A DNA stretch of 62,534 nucleotides, filler included, from Stramenopiles sp. TOSAG23-3 (Eukaryota): the NCBI GenBank assembly GCA_900128585.1. It is 15 parts of 15 records of this genome, joined end to end, with 100 filler letters (N's around TTAATTAATTAA, not from the genome) between each part and the next. Parts side by side here need not be neighbours in the genome. Positions count along the whole stretch, not along the records: positions 50,171 to 54,226 come from LT643968.1; positions 54,327 to 58,381 come from LT643969.1; positions 58,482 to 62,534 come from LT643970.1; 12 more parts are not named here. One strand, written 5' to 3'. How positions within the stretch are numbered: position 1 is the first letter of the stretch; every line of letters begins with the position of its first letter. Shown piece after piece: positions 52,077-62,534 of the stretch. The notes beneath the pieces were generated by a model. The model was not told where the DNA came from. It was given only the letters and a program-made list of their open reading frames with translations, and did not search any database. A program made the translations under genes and the position numbers.

Positions 52077-53750
52077 ATGTCGACAAGAGCATGGCTGTTC
52101 TCCAGACTCACCACACCGACTACACGACAAGCCTGGGACCAGTCTTTGCTGAATTTCATACGGGCACCTCCACACGATCAATGGTTCAAAATCAAAACCA
52201 GCACCAGTAAAACGGTAGCAGAGCAACGAAAGTGCAACGCACTCTCCACACTCCTGCCGGACCAGTATCTATCTGACGAAGCCATCCATCTCTCGCTCAA
52301 CGCACTTCAGTACAAACCGCCCACAGGTCAGTACGTATTCAACATCTCACTATCGCAAATGACAGGGCCAGATACAACAGACCGTTTATGTAAAACACTG
52401 TGGCGCCGCTCGAGGGAGGCAAGTAAGGCACGACTTCAGTCAATCATCTTGCCGATCAACGCACAAAACGTTCACTGGTACATTGCCATCCTACACGTGG
52501 GGCTGACACAATGCCACATGGAAATATGCACCAACGTGAACATCAGGAATTATAAAGCAGAGCGAACCCTGACGGAGATAGGGAAATGGTATTTATCAAA
52601 GTGGAAACCACTAGAACCACCACCACGCCAAACGGGAACGGACAAGACAACGGTCGTGTCCCCCAATCGCCAAAGAGGCGGCTCTACCGCGACGCCCGCG
52701 CGAAAACCAAAGCCAAGGCCGCCCAGTCACGCCCCCCAGGATTATCGAGTAATGGACGTCCCGCGCGACGGACACTGTCTATTCCTAGCATGCATTGAGG
52801 CAATGGCGCACAACGGCTTAACACTCCCGCCTGCATGGTCGTCGGCACCACGACAAGACCAACACAGGCAGATGCGCACGGATCTGCTCAACACATGCAG
52901 GAATGAATGTCTCACCGACCCAAAATACTCAGCCTTGTATGAAGGTCTAATGGCAGAATCCGACCTTAACAAGGGACAAACCTTATTCTCTGACATGTGC
53001 GACAGACTCCAAGGAGGTAAGTACGGACGGGCAAGCGAAATGGCACTTATAGCGTGCAAGTACGACCTGGAAATTATTGTCTTCGAAAACGGCACCCAGC
53101 AATGGATACAGAAACCAACAGGAACCTACCAACAACGGCACACTATCGCCCTCAGGTGGTGCCGCGAAACAATACACTACGACTGGCTGAAATGGATCAA
53201 TCCTGACGAGCCCAAACAAGCGAATTCCCCGCCGGTGCCCCTAACACCTGGATCACACCAAACGGACGCCGACATCCTACCCCCCTCACCATCGCAAGAC
53301 TCGAACAGCGCCAGGCAACCAAAAAACAAATTTAGCCACTGTTCGAACCATGGGAATGGTGTGGAAACGGATTCCTCAGCTCCCTCCGCTAAGTGTAACC
53401 AAGGGCATCGCCGGCCGGGTACTTTAGAATTGGGACTCACCCCTAGAGACGTTGATAACATACCCCCCCCATTACCAAACGAGCGGTATGGAGCTAGGCA
53501 CCCACAACACAAGTTTAGCCGACTTTCGAGTTCTGGTAACAAAGGGATGTTTGACCCTCCAAATGACTACGATGAGCTCATCGACGAAGTGATATACCCA
53601 CAAGGGTCTACAAAGGTGCGTGATGTTTTCACGGACTACGATTGGGATTTGGATCGTACTAATAAAAATAATTCCTTTGTGGTGATGATGACTGACAACC
53701 ATCAAACGAAATTAAGAATTTTAAGAGACCAAACTAAAAAATCGAGATAG
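52077..53750 (+). CDS. Ulp1/C48-like (partial) + OTU cysteine-protease polyprotein fragment, probably mobile-element derived
   Basis: Ulp1-like YLSDEAI and IILPINAQNVHWYIAIL. OTU: VMDVPRDGHCLF, YGRASEMALIA..LEIIVF, IHYDWL. Sense strand A/C-rich; the 3' end runs into the dispersed repeat. Confidence 0.7.
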   Translation: MSTRAWLFSRLTTPTTRQAWDQSLLNFIRAPPHDQWFKIKTSTSKTVAEQRKCNALSTLLPDQYLSDEAIHLSLNALQYKPPTGQYVFNISLSQMTGPDTTDRLCKTLWRRSREASKARLQSIILPINAQNVHWYIAILHVGLTQCHMEICTNVNIRNYKAERTLTEIGKWYLSKWKPLEPPPRQTGTDKTTVVSPNRQRGGSTATPARKPKPRPPSHAPQDYRVMDVPRDGHCLFLACIEAMAHNGLTLPPAWSSAPRQDQHRQMRTDLLNTCRNECLTDPKYSALYEGLMAESDLNKGQTLFSDMCDRLQGGKYGRASEMALIACKYDLEIIVFENGTQQWIQKPTGTYQQRHTIALRWCRETIHYDWLKWINPDEPKQANSPPVPLTPGSHQTDADILPPSPSQDSNSARQPKNKFSHCSNHGNGVETDSSAPSAKCNQGHRRPGTLELGLTPRDVDNIPPPLPNERYGARHPQHKFSRLSSSGNKGMFDPPNDYDELIDEVIYPQGSTKVRDVFTDYDWDLDRTNKNNSFVVMMTDNHQTKLRILRDQTKKSR

Positions 53751-53810
53751 GATTAGGGTTGGATTTGAAGTTATAGTATTTGATTTAAAATGAGAGTCTT
53801 AAAACATACT
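53730..53810 (-). repeat. Uninterrupted ('empty') copy of the repeat seen at 5166-5422
   Basis: Reverse complement reads agtatgtttta-AGACTCTCATTT-taaatcaaatactataacttcaaatccaaccctaatcctatctcgattttttagtttg. Confidence 0.8.
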
Positions 53811-53857
53811 ATATATTTTGGGTTTTTCATTATTATAGACATAAGATAATAACTTAC

Positions 53858-54226
53858 CTCGCGCTTCTTGGAAGCAGAGCCTTTCTTCAGGAACGTCTTG
53901 CCCGCCTGCAGCTTCTTCACGCTCTCGCGGTCGCCGTCCACGTCTTCCACCACCTCACTATTTTGGCAAACGATAACCTCGTTCGCTTCTGATTTTCGCG
54001 GGGCCTTCTTCCTCTTCGGCGAGTCGGGAGTGGCAATCACAGGCTTTGGCATCGCCCGCTCCTCCTCCGCCTTCATGCCCTTCCCAAAGCTTAGGTGTTC
54101 CGATGAGAAACGGGTGGGGAAACGGGCGGGGAGGCAAGCGCGACCGGCGGGACCGCGGAGGACGAAGCCGACAACGGCGAGTTCAACCCCGTCGCAAGCG
54201 CCTTGGTGAACGGCGCCCAGGACCCA
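53858..54226 (-). CDS. Coding-like fragment of an unknown charged low-complexity protein, ending abruptly at the AT-rich repeat
   Basis: GC-rich frame ...MKAEEERAMPKPVIATPDSPKRKK...SKKRE followed by GTAAGT and AT-rich DNA. Confidence 0.35.
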
Positions 54227-54328
54227 NNNNNNNNNNNNNNNNNNNNNNNNNNNNNNNNNNNNNNNNNNNNTTAATTAATTAANNNNNNNNNNNNNNNNNN
54301 NNNNNNNNNNNNNNNNNNNNNNNNNNGT

Positions 54329-57300
54329 TCAATTGTTCGGTCCATAGACATTGGTACACACGGGGGGTTTTACATTCGTAATAATACTGGAAAAACTATT
54401 TCTGCAAGCTCTTATACTGCCCAGGAAAAGAAGAACGGGGGTGAGATAGAACGCTTTGTCGTTGTTCCTGGAACTCCATATGCTCTGGAATTTAAGAGTA
54501 CTCCAAATGTTGAAAATACAACGATAAAAGAGAAAGTATTGCGACAGTTATATTACGATAAAGTCAGCGTAGATTATGGAAGTGTCGACATGAATAAGGT
54601 CGACTGTGGGGCATCTGTAAGCGATATAGAAGCGGAGATACTATTATTACAAGCCCATGGTGGGGAATCCAACAATGAAATAAAGGAAAAGGTGACAAAA
54701 GCGGTACGTAAGGCTGATCACAACCATTCGAGAACTTTATCTTTGCCAGAGTTTCTGGCAGCAGCGAAATTTTTAATGGAAGACGAATCTTTAGATGATA
54801 CCTACCAAATAGACGTATTTGTGAATGATACTGAAAGCTTGCACTTGAACGCCCTGCCAGCGAAAAACAAAAGGCACTCTTACTTTTTAAGTGGACACTG
54901 TCCAATTGTGTGCAAAACGGTAGAAGATGATCTTTTGGGCACTGTCCTGGAAATCTCCTCGACAGTCTCTATTCAAAACAATGCCAAGAGAGACGTTGAA
55001 TGCATCTTAAAATCAGATTCAGAATCGTTAGATTTTACTGTTGGGGAAGGCAATAACTTTTCTGTTCCTTTGCGCTTCGTGCACAGTAGCACTACTCTGT
55101 CAATGAGGATGAAAGGCGGGAGTGTGTACGGAAAGCCTCAACATTTTTCATTCTTAACCGAAACCTCACCCTCATCACTCAGACCTTTTGAAACTGCCGG
55201 GTTTTCTTCTTCCATATGCTCCGAAAAATGTAAGCATGGGGGTGCGAAGGTTCAGACGATTATGCTACAGGCGGAACTCGTATTTAATAATCATCTCTGT
55301 TTACCCATTGGGTTTAACTTTGAATACGTTGAACAGAATGGTGATCCCGATTTGGATTTCATTGATGCCGGGTCGTCCAGGCATGTATACGAAAATTTTG
55401 GAACAGGCACCAGAACCTTGCTTTTGGGGTTGAATAAAGACGAGACTAATCATAAAAATCCACTTCGAATAGACCTTACGTCCCGCAAGACGTTTCTAGA
55501 ATTGGAAGAGAAGGAAAAGCTAACAGAGGCGAAGTTGCACTTTGAACATCAAAGCATTTCTATTTATCGATCATGGAAGGAAGGGGGTGTTCCAACGATA
55601 ACGTTTGATGCGACTGTGACAGTAAAGAACCTAACAGGTATGAACATTTTTTTGAAGATAAAAATGCCCCACGCCAAACCGCTTCATAAGGACAGAGTTA
55701 ACGACTACATGAAGCTTCACTTAGAAGATGACACGCCCATGTTCATATCCCACTACAGGCCGCAAGATGAGAGCCTCAACGTGTTTGCTAAACTTCAATT
55801 CCATGGCCCTCAGAAAGATAACAAAACAAAATTTGTTGGTGCAGAACCAACAATGAAGAAATGGACAAACGAGGAAAATGTAACGTGGTGCGGTTACACG
55901 TACCCAATGACTACTTCAGGGGCTCAGGAGGGTAAAATGTTTTTTCACAACGACAAGCATGGTATTTTTGGGGTGTATACTGAGTATGGTATTTTAGAGC
56001 CCTTGGACAATTTTACAACCAAAAACATAATCATCACAATCCGACCGCTGTATGAAGTGAAGAATCTAATGCCTTTTCCTATAGAGGTTTTTGCGGGAAT
56101 TAATGCAACTACCCGGCTTAAGGATGGCATAATGGAACTGGCACCTGGTGAACAAGGGGCTATATACCGATTCTTTAATTTGAAAGAAAAACAGGCACCA
56201 AGAATCCAAATACGCGCAAAGCCACAGAATACTCTGAGGAAAAAGTACGGAGAACTCTTTTCTGAAGATCAAGTGGGCTTTGAACATGATGGTGAAAGAT
56301 GGACCATGCCCTTAAAGTTTGAACACAATACTAACCTAGTGGGGGAAACATGTTTTGCGTATATTGACAATGCCGATGCAGATTGTTCGGTTGAGGATGA
56401 TGTGAACGCAAATAGAAACAGCTATATTGTATGTAGGTCTGATGTTGTTTTCAATGGCTACAACTACACCACAAAATTCATGACTTTATCGCCGTCGAAA
56501 TCCCCCTATCGAATTGAAAATAGATCTTCGACCCAGTATTTGTATTATTATGAACATAAACGATCCCAAAGCTTGATGATTCCACCAATGCAATCGCGCA
56601 ATTATTTGTTCAGCGAAGCATCCTCAAAGTACTTACACATGTGTCAGATGGATAGTAAAGATGAAAACTTGTTAAAAGCTTCTTTCACGAAGGTCAACAT
56701 TACAAGCGTAAACAAGTTGAGGGTACTGACAAGCAATTCCAGCTTCAAATGTGCTGTTTCGGTTTCGGCGGACGGTGACTGTAGGGTGGTCAACCTTGTT
56801 GATCTACACGCCAGCATCAACCTTAACAGTTCTGACGAGGTTCTTCTCTCTAAGAACATGCAAATCACATGTCAGCTGGGTGGGATTCATTTAGCAGTAG
56901 CTGATGCGTCTCCGATTGAGGTAATTGCAATATCCTTGGAGGACATATCTTTAAAATTGAAGCATAATGGCTTTGATCTTCAAATTATCCATCTTCAAAT
57001 TGACGATTTGCAGCATGACACGGAAATCCCCGTTGTTTTAGAACCCGCCGCGGCTGGGTTCAATTCTTGCAGGAACATAGACTTCAACGAGAAGGAGGAC
57101 AATTACATTCCTGCGTTAGATGTATCTTACACATACTTCTTTAACCAAATGACTAAAAGCAAATCGTCCATGGTTAAGGCAGGAAAAATTGACATCGCTG
57201 ATCTCAATCTTAATCTTGATTTGGATTATGTTATGAACAAAGTCATGGAGATATTTTACAAATTATTTCCTCCGCCTCTAGACCCGTTAAAGGCGGCAAT

Positions 57301-58381
57301 AGAATCGATAGACTTTGCTCTCGAACCCTTGACTCCTGTTGAACCTACTGGTGATGAGCACATATACTTTGAGGACTTTTTAATGCCCGCGTTTTCTATA
57401 CATGCCTTTGTGCCCATGCAAAGTCAAGAAGAAGAAAAAGAAAAAGAAGAGGGCGAGAAAGACGAAAAAAAAGACAAAAAAAGCCATGGACTGTCGGCAC
57501 TTCTGGGGGCTGGAACGATATCTTCAGTCCTAAATGTGGTTGCTGGAGATTTGGACCAAACGTTTCTTCTATTCAAGAACACACGATCGAGACAATTCAT
57601 AGCATCGACTGATCTCATTTGGAACATCATTTACGGCTATGTCAACAATATACTGATGCAAGTAGGGTTCACTGTGCTGAAGCTTGAGGCGTTTGGTGAC
57701 GTAGGAAGTCAGGTAGAAAACTTGTACCAGGGATTTAGTGACGGGGCAAAAAATATGGCAAAGGGGAAAATATTTTCGGCGACGGCGAGTATAGCCCAAG
57801 GGACTGTTGGAGGTGCCTTTAATACTATCAGTCACAGTACAAACTTTGTTGGAAACGCTTTGAAAAAAGGCACTGGCATGAAAAACCTTGAGGAAGCAGA
57901 AGAGCCCAAGCACATGGCGGCTGGGCTTTATCAAGGGGGGAAGTTGTTCGGTAAAACCTTGGTTGAAGGTTTTAAGGGTCTTGTCAAACGCCCGTATAAG
58001 GGTTATCAGGATGACGGTGCGAAAGGATTGGCCAAAGGGATGGGACAAGGATTGGCTGGCTTCATTGGATCTCCCGTTATAGCTACACTGGGCTTAACAG
58101 AAAAGATTTCTACGGGTGTGACGAATACAACCAGGCTGCACGATAAGCTTCATTTGGTTGGCACTCGACGCCCTGGTCGAATCCTTCAGTATCGCGACGG
58201 CGCTTTACGTGGTGTTCGCGAGGTCGAAGACGATCCGACGTTGGTATCGGGTGTTTGTATTTACGCTCGCACTTGCAACATAAATGTAGAAAAGGGGGAT
58301 ATTAAAACAAAGGATGGAAAGCAAAAGTTTTATTTGCAACTTGATGTTTTCGAAGGCGAAGAAAGAATCCACTCGCAGAAA
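54329..58381 (+). CDS. VPS13: VPS13-family lipid-transfer protein, C-terminal part (VAB repeats, APT1/ATG2_C-like), truncated at both ends
   Basis: Repeated (I/V)xNxx(P/G) strands (IRNNTG, VKNLTG, VKNLMPFPI, PYRIENRS), HLQIDD..IPVVL, IYFE, LEAFGD, GFKGLVKRPYKG..GAKGLAKGMGQGLAG..P..LGL. Confidence 0.85.
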
Positions 58382-59176
58382 NNNNNNNNNNNNNNNNNNN
58401 NNNNNNNNNNNNNNNNNNNNNNNNNTTAATTAATTAANNNNNNNNNNNNNNNNNNNNNNNNNNNNNNNNNNNNNNNNNNNNAAAAGAAAAGAAAAGAAAA
58501 AAAGAAAAGAAAAGAAAAAAAGAAAAGATATATAAATAGTCCTATCATACATAATAATATCATATGAAAATAAAAATTAAAAAAGAAAAAAAAAAAAGAA
58601 AAAAGAAAGAAGAAAGAAAGAAAAAAGAAAAAAGAAGAAGAAAGAAAAAGCATTTATTATAATTATCTATTTTTTTTAGAAGAAGAAGAAGAAGAATACT
58701 ACTTTTTTGTTAGACGACTTAAGAGAGATCGTAGTATTTATAATGGCAATACCATATACTTATTTTAAATTATCGTCTATTAGTAAAAAGAAATGGGGTT
58801 AAATAATTGGATTCTTCTTCTGTTGGAACTAAAAAAAAGAACGAAACAACACAAACAACTCTCAAACACTTTTTGATTTTATAATTATAATTATTTATTA
58901 AACTTTAAATATGATTAAAAATAGTTCCATTTTGAAGGCAAAGACCAATTTCCTTTTACCGTTTCTTTTTTCTTCTATCTGTTTCCCTTTCATTCTCTTT
59001 GTGCGAATCATTTCTTTTTTCGAAAAGAAGAAGGGAGGGAGAGAGAGAGAGAGAGATAGAAAAAAACTCACAAGCGTCTTGGAGGTGTTGGAAGGAAGAA
59101 AAAGACCACCTTGGTGTCATATTGTTATAGAGGGGGAGGGATAGTTCGCGATACGAACGGTTGACGGGCGGACAAG

Positions 59177-62100
59177 ATGAACGATTTCATAGACCGTTTC
59201 AGTAATTTAAAGAATAGATCGTTCAAAAAGGGGTCTGGAGGAAAAAAGCTCAAGCAGGCCAAGAGTGCGAAGGGCGACTGCCAGCTGGCGCCGTTAGATT
59301 ACCACAAATTCTGGCAGGAAATAATACACGGGAGTTCGCCCAAGCACAACGACGAGGCGGCTGTGACGTTTTTAAAAGGGTTGCTGGAACGAGTCATCTT
59401 GTTAGAGGGGAGGCAGACCCGAGAAAAGGAGGAAAAAAGAGCACGCAAGGGCGATGCGTTCATCGTGCCGTTCCTCCACCACCACTGTTTGCCGAGGAAG
59501 CCGGAGGCATCCATGGCGCCAGACGACCAGATAGTCCTCTTGAAAGACTCGGTTCTCCGCACCGTCAAGTACTTGCTGTCGTTTTCAAACATAAAGTTGG
59601 GGGCCGTCATGAGCCACGATCTGGTTAATTTCATAGCGTCAAAGTGGAAGGCAGTGTCGCAGAACCCGGGCGTGTGCAGGGCAATCACCCGAGAAATTGA
59701 AGTCGCAACGACGCTCTACGAGGCCAGGCACAGCGAAAGCTCCATGGACAAGGACTTGTCCCGCAAGGAATCGCTCAACCTGGTCCACATCTCTTGCATG
59801 TACGTGCCCAGCCTGCCCCATAACACTGAAACGTCTGTCGTGACCAATCTGTCAGACTTCGAGTGGCTCTTTTACCGACGAAAACTTCTGTACGAAAAGG
59901 ACGGTTTTATATTTAGCGAACTGTGCAAACTCATCGCCACCTTGCCCAAACGGTTGAAATCGGACGGGCTGAGCCTCGACAGCACGCTGACGTCCTTCTG
60001 CGCCCACCTCGTCTTTTTGCGCCAGCTGTTGATGGAGGGGGCGCCCTACGACGCCGCGATGCTGGAAAAGAAGCTGCTGCCCCAGCTGCAGCTGTTTTGC
60101 TCGTGGCCGTACCCTTACGGCACGATGGCGCAGGAATTAGAGTTTTTAGTGTCCAGCGAGCTGCGTTCACCGGGGTCGGTCTGGCGGGCCCAGCTCTTCG
60201 AGGAGTACCCGCTTTTGAGCGAAGCGGGGATCAGTTCGAGGGCAAGGGAGAAGTTAGGGCAAGGGAATAAGTTCGATTGCTGGCCAGAGATGCAGCGGAC
60301 GGTGATACTGTTTGCCTCCTCAACGGACTTTCGGGCGCAGATGATTGCCGACGCGTTCCGCCACACCCGCGGCCCAGCAACTTCCGAGACGCAAAAGATC
60401 ATCGAGACACAGAAGCAGGTCCTGTACGCCGTGTTTGAGCAAACGTTAGATATCGTTGATCCGGACACCCCTGCAAAGTCCAAGGAAGAGCAGAAAACAT
60501 TAGCGGACTCAGGAGGGTGGCGCCGTAGCGAGGACGATCTGAAGAAAGCATTGGCAGAGAACGATCCGCTGAAATTAGAGCACATATCGCAGGAAGCGCT
60601 CGAAAGCGCCTATTTGAGAACGATCCGAATTATGGACGAAGCGAAGGAAAATTCCACGTGGCCCATAAAGATAGTGAAGGAATGGACCGCGTCCATGTTG
60701 GGCCAGGTCGTGAAGGGGCTCAACCCCCGTTTGATTGTCCTGCCATCGTTTCATTCCTCCAGCGGCAACCTGCACATTCGCAACGAGGCAGCGATCGACC
60801 GGTTTCGCAGGGTCGGGCGCACGATCATGCATTTGAAGAAAGCCCAGAGGGCACTGCAGTCCTTTGGCACTTCGCAGCCTTCCCCCACTTCCCAGGAGGA
60901 GGAAGACATTCCACCCCCGCCTTCGTGCGGCCCTGCGGAGGGGGTGCTGGCTCCACCGCGCCGCGAGGGGGATCAAACGCCAGCCTTCTCTCTCCCGGAC
61001 ATTCAATTAGAGTTCAATGAGCAGTACAGCTTCAAGCCGTTGAACGAAAAGTTGTGGAACGGTAACTTCTCCAAAAAGTTTGCCGCAGAGTTTCTTGGGC
61101 GCGAGTCGGTCGATATAAGGAACAAAAGCAGCAGCTCGAGTGGGGTGGGGAGTTTTTTGGTGGATCAAGAGGAGCAGGAAGAAGAAAAGGCCTCTTTGTC
61201 TGACCGTATACTTCAATACCCCGAAGCTCGCACCCGCACGATATTTGTGAAAGGCCCCGACGGGACCATAATGAGGGACGCGACCGGTGCCGCAGTCGCA
61301 AGGAAAAAATTTGGGTGTTTTCTGAAGGCGTGCCACTTTGCAAACAAGAACACGGCCAAAACGATGCCGGGCAAAGGGGCCAGCCCGAAGAGGCACGGTG
61401 GCGGCATCGCCAATCGCAGGCGGACCCGGACCGCGCGGCGAAAGCGGGCATCCCTGCTTGCCCGGGACCACATTCTTGAAACTTGGAGGGGCAGGCAATT
61501 TTCAGAAGTAGCACTCGCTGGTTTAATGGCGCAAGATGTTGCCGACGAAACGAGTGGGGACAAAATGTCTTCGACAATCCGCATCTGCGCTATTGGCGAC
61601 GATTCGACCGTTCACCGGATTTTGTGCAATTACGTAACGTCCATGCAAGACTGGGGGAAAAGTTTGAGCAAACTCAACTTCAAATTTTACCTTTTGCCGA
61701 CGTCCAAGAGGAGAAGCGTGTTGGCGTCCTGCTTAGCGAGAAAAGACGCATGGTACCGCCGCCACATTTTCAACCCGTTCAGCGCACCATCCGACACAAT
61801 GCCCTATGACGTCAGCCAGACCAGGCTGTCGATGGGGGAGATTATCCATTGGCTGAAAGCGGCGGCCGAAGAGGTTGCCCCAAAGAAGAAGGACAAGTTT
61901 TTTCTCCCTCTTTTGCGGGAAAGCCTACTGAAGAAGGCTGAGGACGAGGGGATGACGAGCAATTTAGCCCGTTTGTACGTTGAGGTCGAGCAGATGCCCC
62001 TGGAAAATTCGCAATACAACGACATGACCGTCGACGGGATGACGGTGGCGCGCCTGGTGACCTCTATTATGGGGGTAGTGGTGGAGGGAATGCAGCAAAG

Positions 62101-62534
62101 CATCGCGGGCAAATGCGCACCTAGCGCGATGTTGTCCAACCTGCTGCAGGACTACATTCGTTTAGCAAAGTACGTGATGCCGATATGCGTCTTCGAATGT
62201 GAGTGCTGGGAAAGCAAGGACAACCGCGCCACGATGTTTCGGGTGCCCTTCTGCTTCTCTGCTGAACTTGGCATTCGCCCGGAAGCTTTGCTTTACAAGA
62301 AAGAGAACGTGGCCGAGGCGGGAAAAGGCAACAAAGCCGATAGTTTTAGCTCGTACTTCAACGATTACGAAGTGGAAGATATCATGGCTTCAGGTGAATT
62401 TCAGAAGAAGATGGGGTTGCCCCAAGCGGTGCTGAACGATGTGTCTGTTGTGTACCAAGCTGTTGGGGCAGGTGGCTACACAGGGAATGTGGAGGAGACC
62501 ACCTTTGCTGAAGAATCGTTTTTTCACATAGCCG
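59177..62534 (+). CDS. PI3K class IB regulatory subunit p101/p87 (PIK3R5/6)-like protein, 3' truncated; absent from the ORF track because it has no stop
   Basis: ATG at 59177; same frame at every segment I translated through to the window end. FCSWPYPYG..ELEFLVSSELRSPG, IRICAIGDD..RILCNY..KLNFKFYLLP, LASCLARKDAWYRRHI and LSNLLQDYIRLA..VFECE..FCFSAELG follow the p101 motif order as I recall it. Confidence 0.7.
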   Translation, partial: MNDFIDRFSNLKNRSFKKGSGGKKLKQAKSAKGDCQLAPLDYHKFWQEIIHGSSPKHNDEAAVTFLKGLLERVILLEGRQTREKEEKRARKGDAFIVPFLHHHCLPRKPEASMAPDDQIVLLKDSVLRTVKYLLSFSNIKLGAVMSHDLVNFIASKWKAVSQNPGVCRAITREIEVATTLYEARHSESSMDKDLSRKESLNLVHISCMYVPSLPHNTETSVVTNLSDFEWLFYRRKLLYEKDGFIFSELCKLIATLPKRLKSDGLSLDSTLTSFCAHLVFLRQLLMEGAPYDAAMLEKKLLPQLQLFCSWPYPYGTMAQELEFLVSSELRSPGSVWRAQLFEEYPLLSEAGISSRAREKLGQGNKFDCWPEMQRTVILFASSTDFRAQMIADAFRHTRGPATSETQKIIETQKQVLYAVFEQTLDIVDPDTPAKSKEEQKTLADSGGWRRSEDDLKKALAENDPLKLEHISQEALESAYLRTIRIMDEAKENSTWPIKIVKEWTASMLGQVVKGLNPRLIVLPSFHSSSGNLHIRNEAAIDRFRRVGRTIMHLKKAQRALQSFGTSQPSPTSQEEEDIPPPPSCGPAEGVLAPPRREGDQTPAFSLPDIQLEFNEQYSFKPLNEKLWNGNFSKKFAAEFLGRESVDIRNKSSSSSGVGSFLVDQEEQEEEKASLSDRILQYPEARTRTIFVKGPDGTIMRDATGAAVARKKFGCFLKACHFANKNTAKTMPGKGASPKRHGGGIANRRRTRTARRKRASLLARDHILETWRGRQFSEVALAGLMAQDVADETSGDKMSSTIRICAIGDDSTVHRILCNYVTSMQDWGKSLSKLNFKFYLLPTSKRRSVLASCLARKDAWYRRHIFNPFSAPSDTMPYDVSQTRLSMGEIIHWLKAAAEEVAPKKKDKFFLPLLRESLLKKAEDEGMTSNLARLYVEVEQMPLENSQYNDMTVDGMTVARLVTSIMGVVVEGMQQSIAGKCAPSAMLSNLLQDYIRLAKYVMPICVFECECWESKDNRATMFRVPFCFSAELGIRPEALLYKKENVAEAGKGNKADSFSSYFNDYEVEDIMASGEFQKKMGLPQAVLNDVSVVYQAVGAGGYTGNVEETTFAEESFFHIA

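Noticed and set aside
53690..53857. GAG|GTAAGT donor followed by the dispersed repeat, suggesting an introner-type intron
   Set aside because: Candidate AG acceptors give only short frames ending in stops, and the other repeat copy (5166-5422) is intergenic; unsupported without RNA data.
4090..58481. Regularly spaced TTAATTAATTAA palindromes resembling an array, and ORFs ending ...XXXLIN
   Set aside because: Artificial six-frame-stop spacer between contigs; not biological, and no synteny can be inferred across it.
1..62534. CRISPR arrays, rRNA/tRNA genes, prokaryotic operons, TnpB/Fanzor, RT or transposase ORFs
   Set aside because: No repeat-spacer periodicity, RNA-gene signature or RuvC/RT/DDE motifs recognised by eye; a covariance-model and HMM scan would be needed to exclude them formally.

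Overview
Not one locus: 15 unrelated ~4.05-4.09 kb eukaryotic contigs, sorted by decreasing length and joined by an artificial 100-bp spacer (N44-TTAATTAATTAA-N44), so neighbourhood across spacers is meaningless. The source looks like a flagellated protist (axonemal dynein; a stramenopile MAG/SAG is a guess). Genes are GC-rich and apparently intronless, intergenic DNA is AT-rich, and polypurine microsatellites lie at gene 5' ends. Recognisable genes: O-fucosyltransferase (partial), UBA/UIM-DOT1, FAD/NAD(P)H flavoprotein, XRN2, dynein heavy chain apparently lacking AAA5, secreted PSI-repeat protein, PRORP with an extra Zn finger, acylated EF-hand protein, formin, membrane-anchored USP, PIG-F, two convergent DUF350 paralogs, FYVE protein, VPS13 fragment, and a p101/PIK3R5-like ORF missing from the ORF track. 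Best leads: (1) a dispersed AT-rich element (core AAAATTGGCTGTTATTTAA) found only at gene 3' flanks, with an apparent filled/empty site pair and a 12-bp direct duplication; (2) a TE/virus-like contig with a double-HNH ORF and a Ulp1+OTU ORF; (3) recurrent 1-nt frameshifts, three of them exactly at a stop codon; (4) unusual PRORP, DOT1 and p101 architectures. All family calls come from motif recognition by eye, not database searches.
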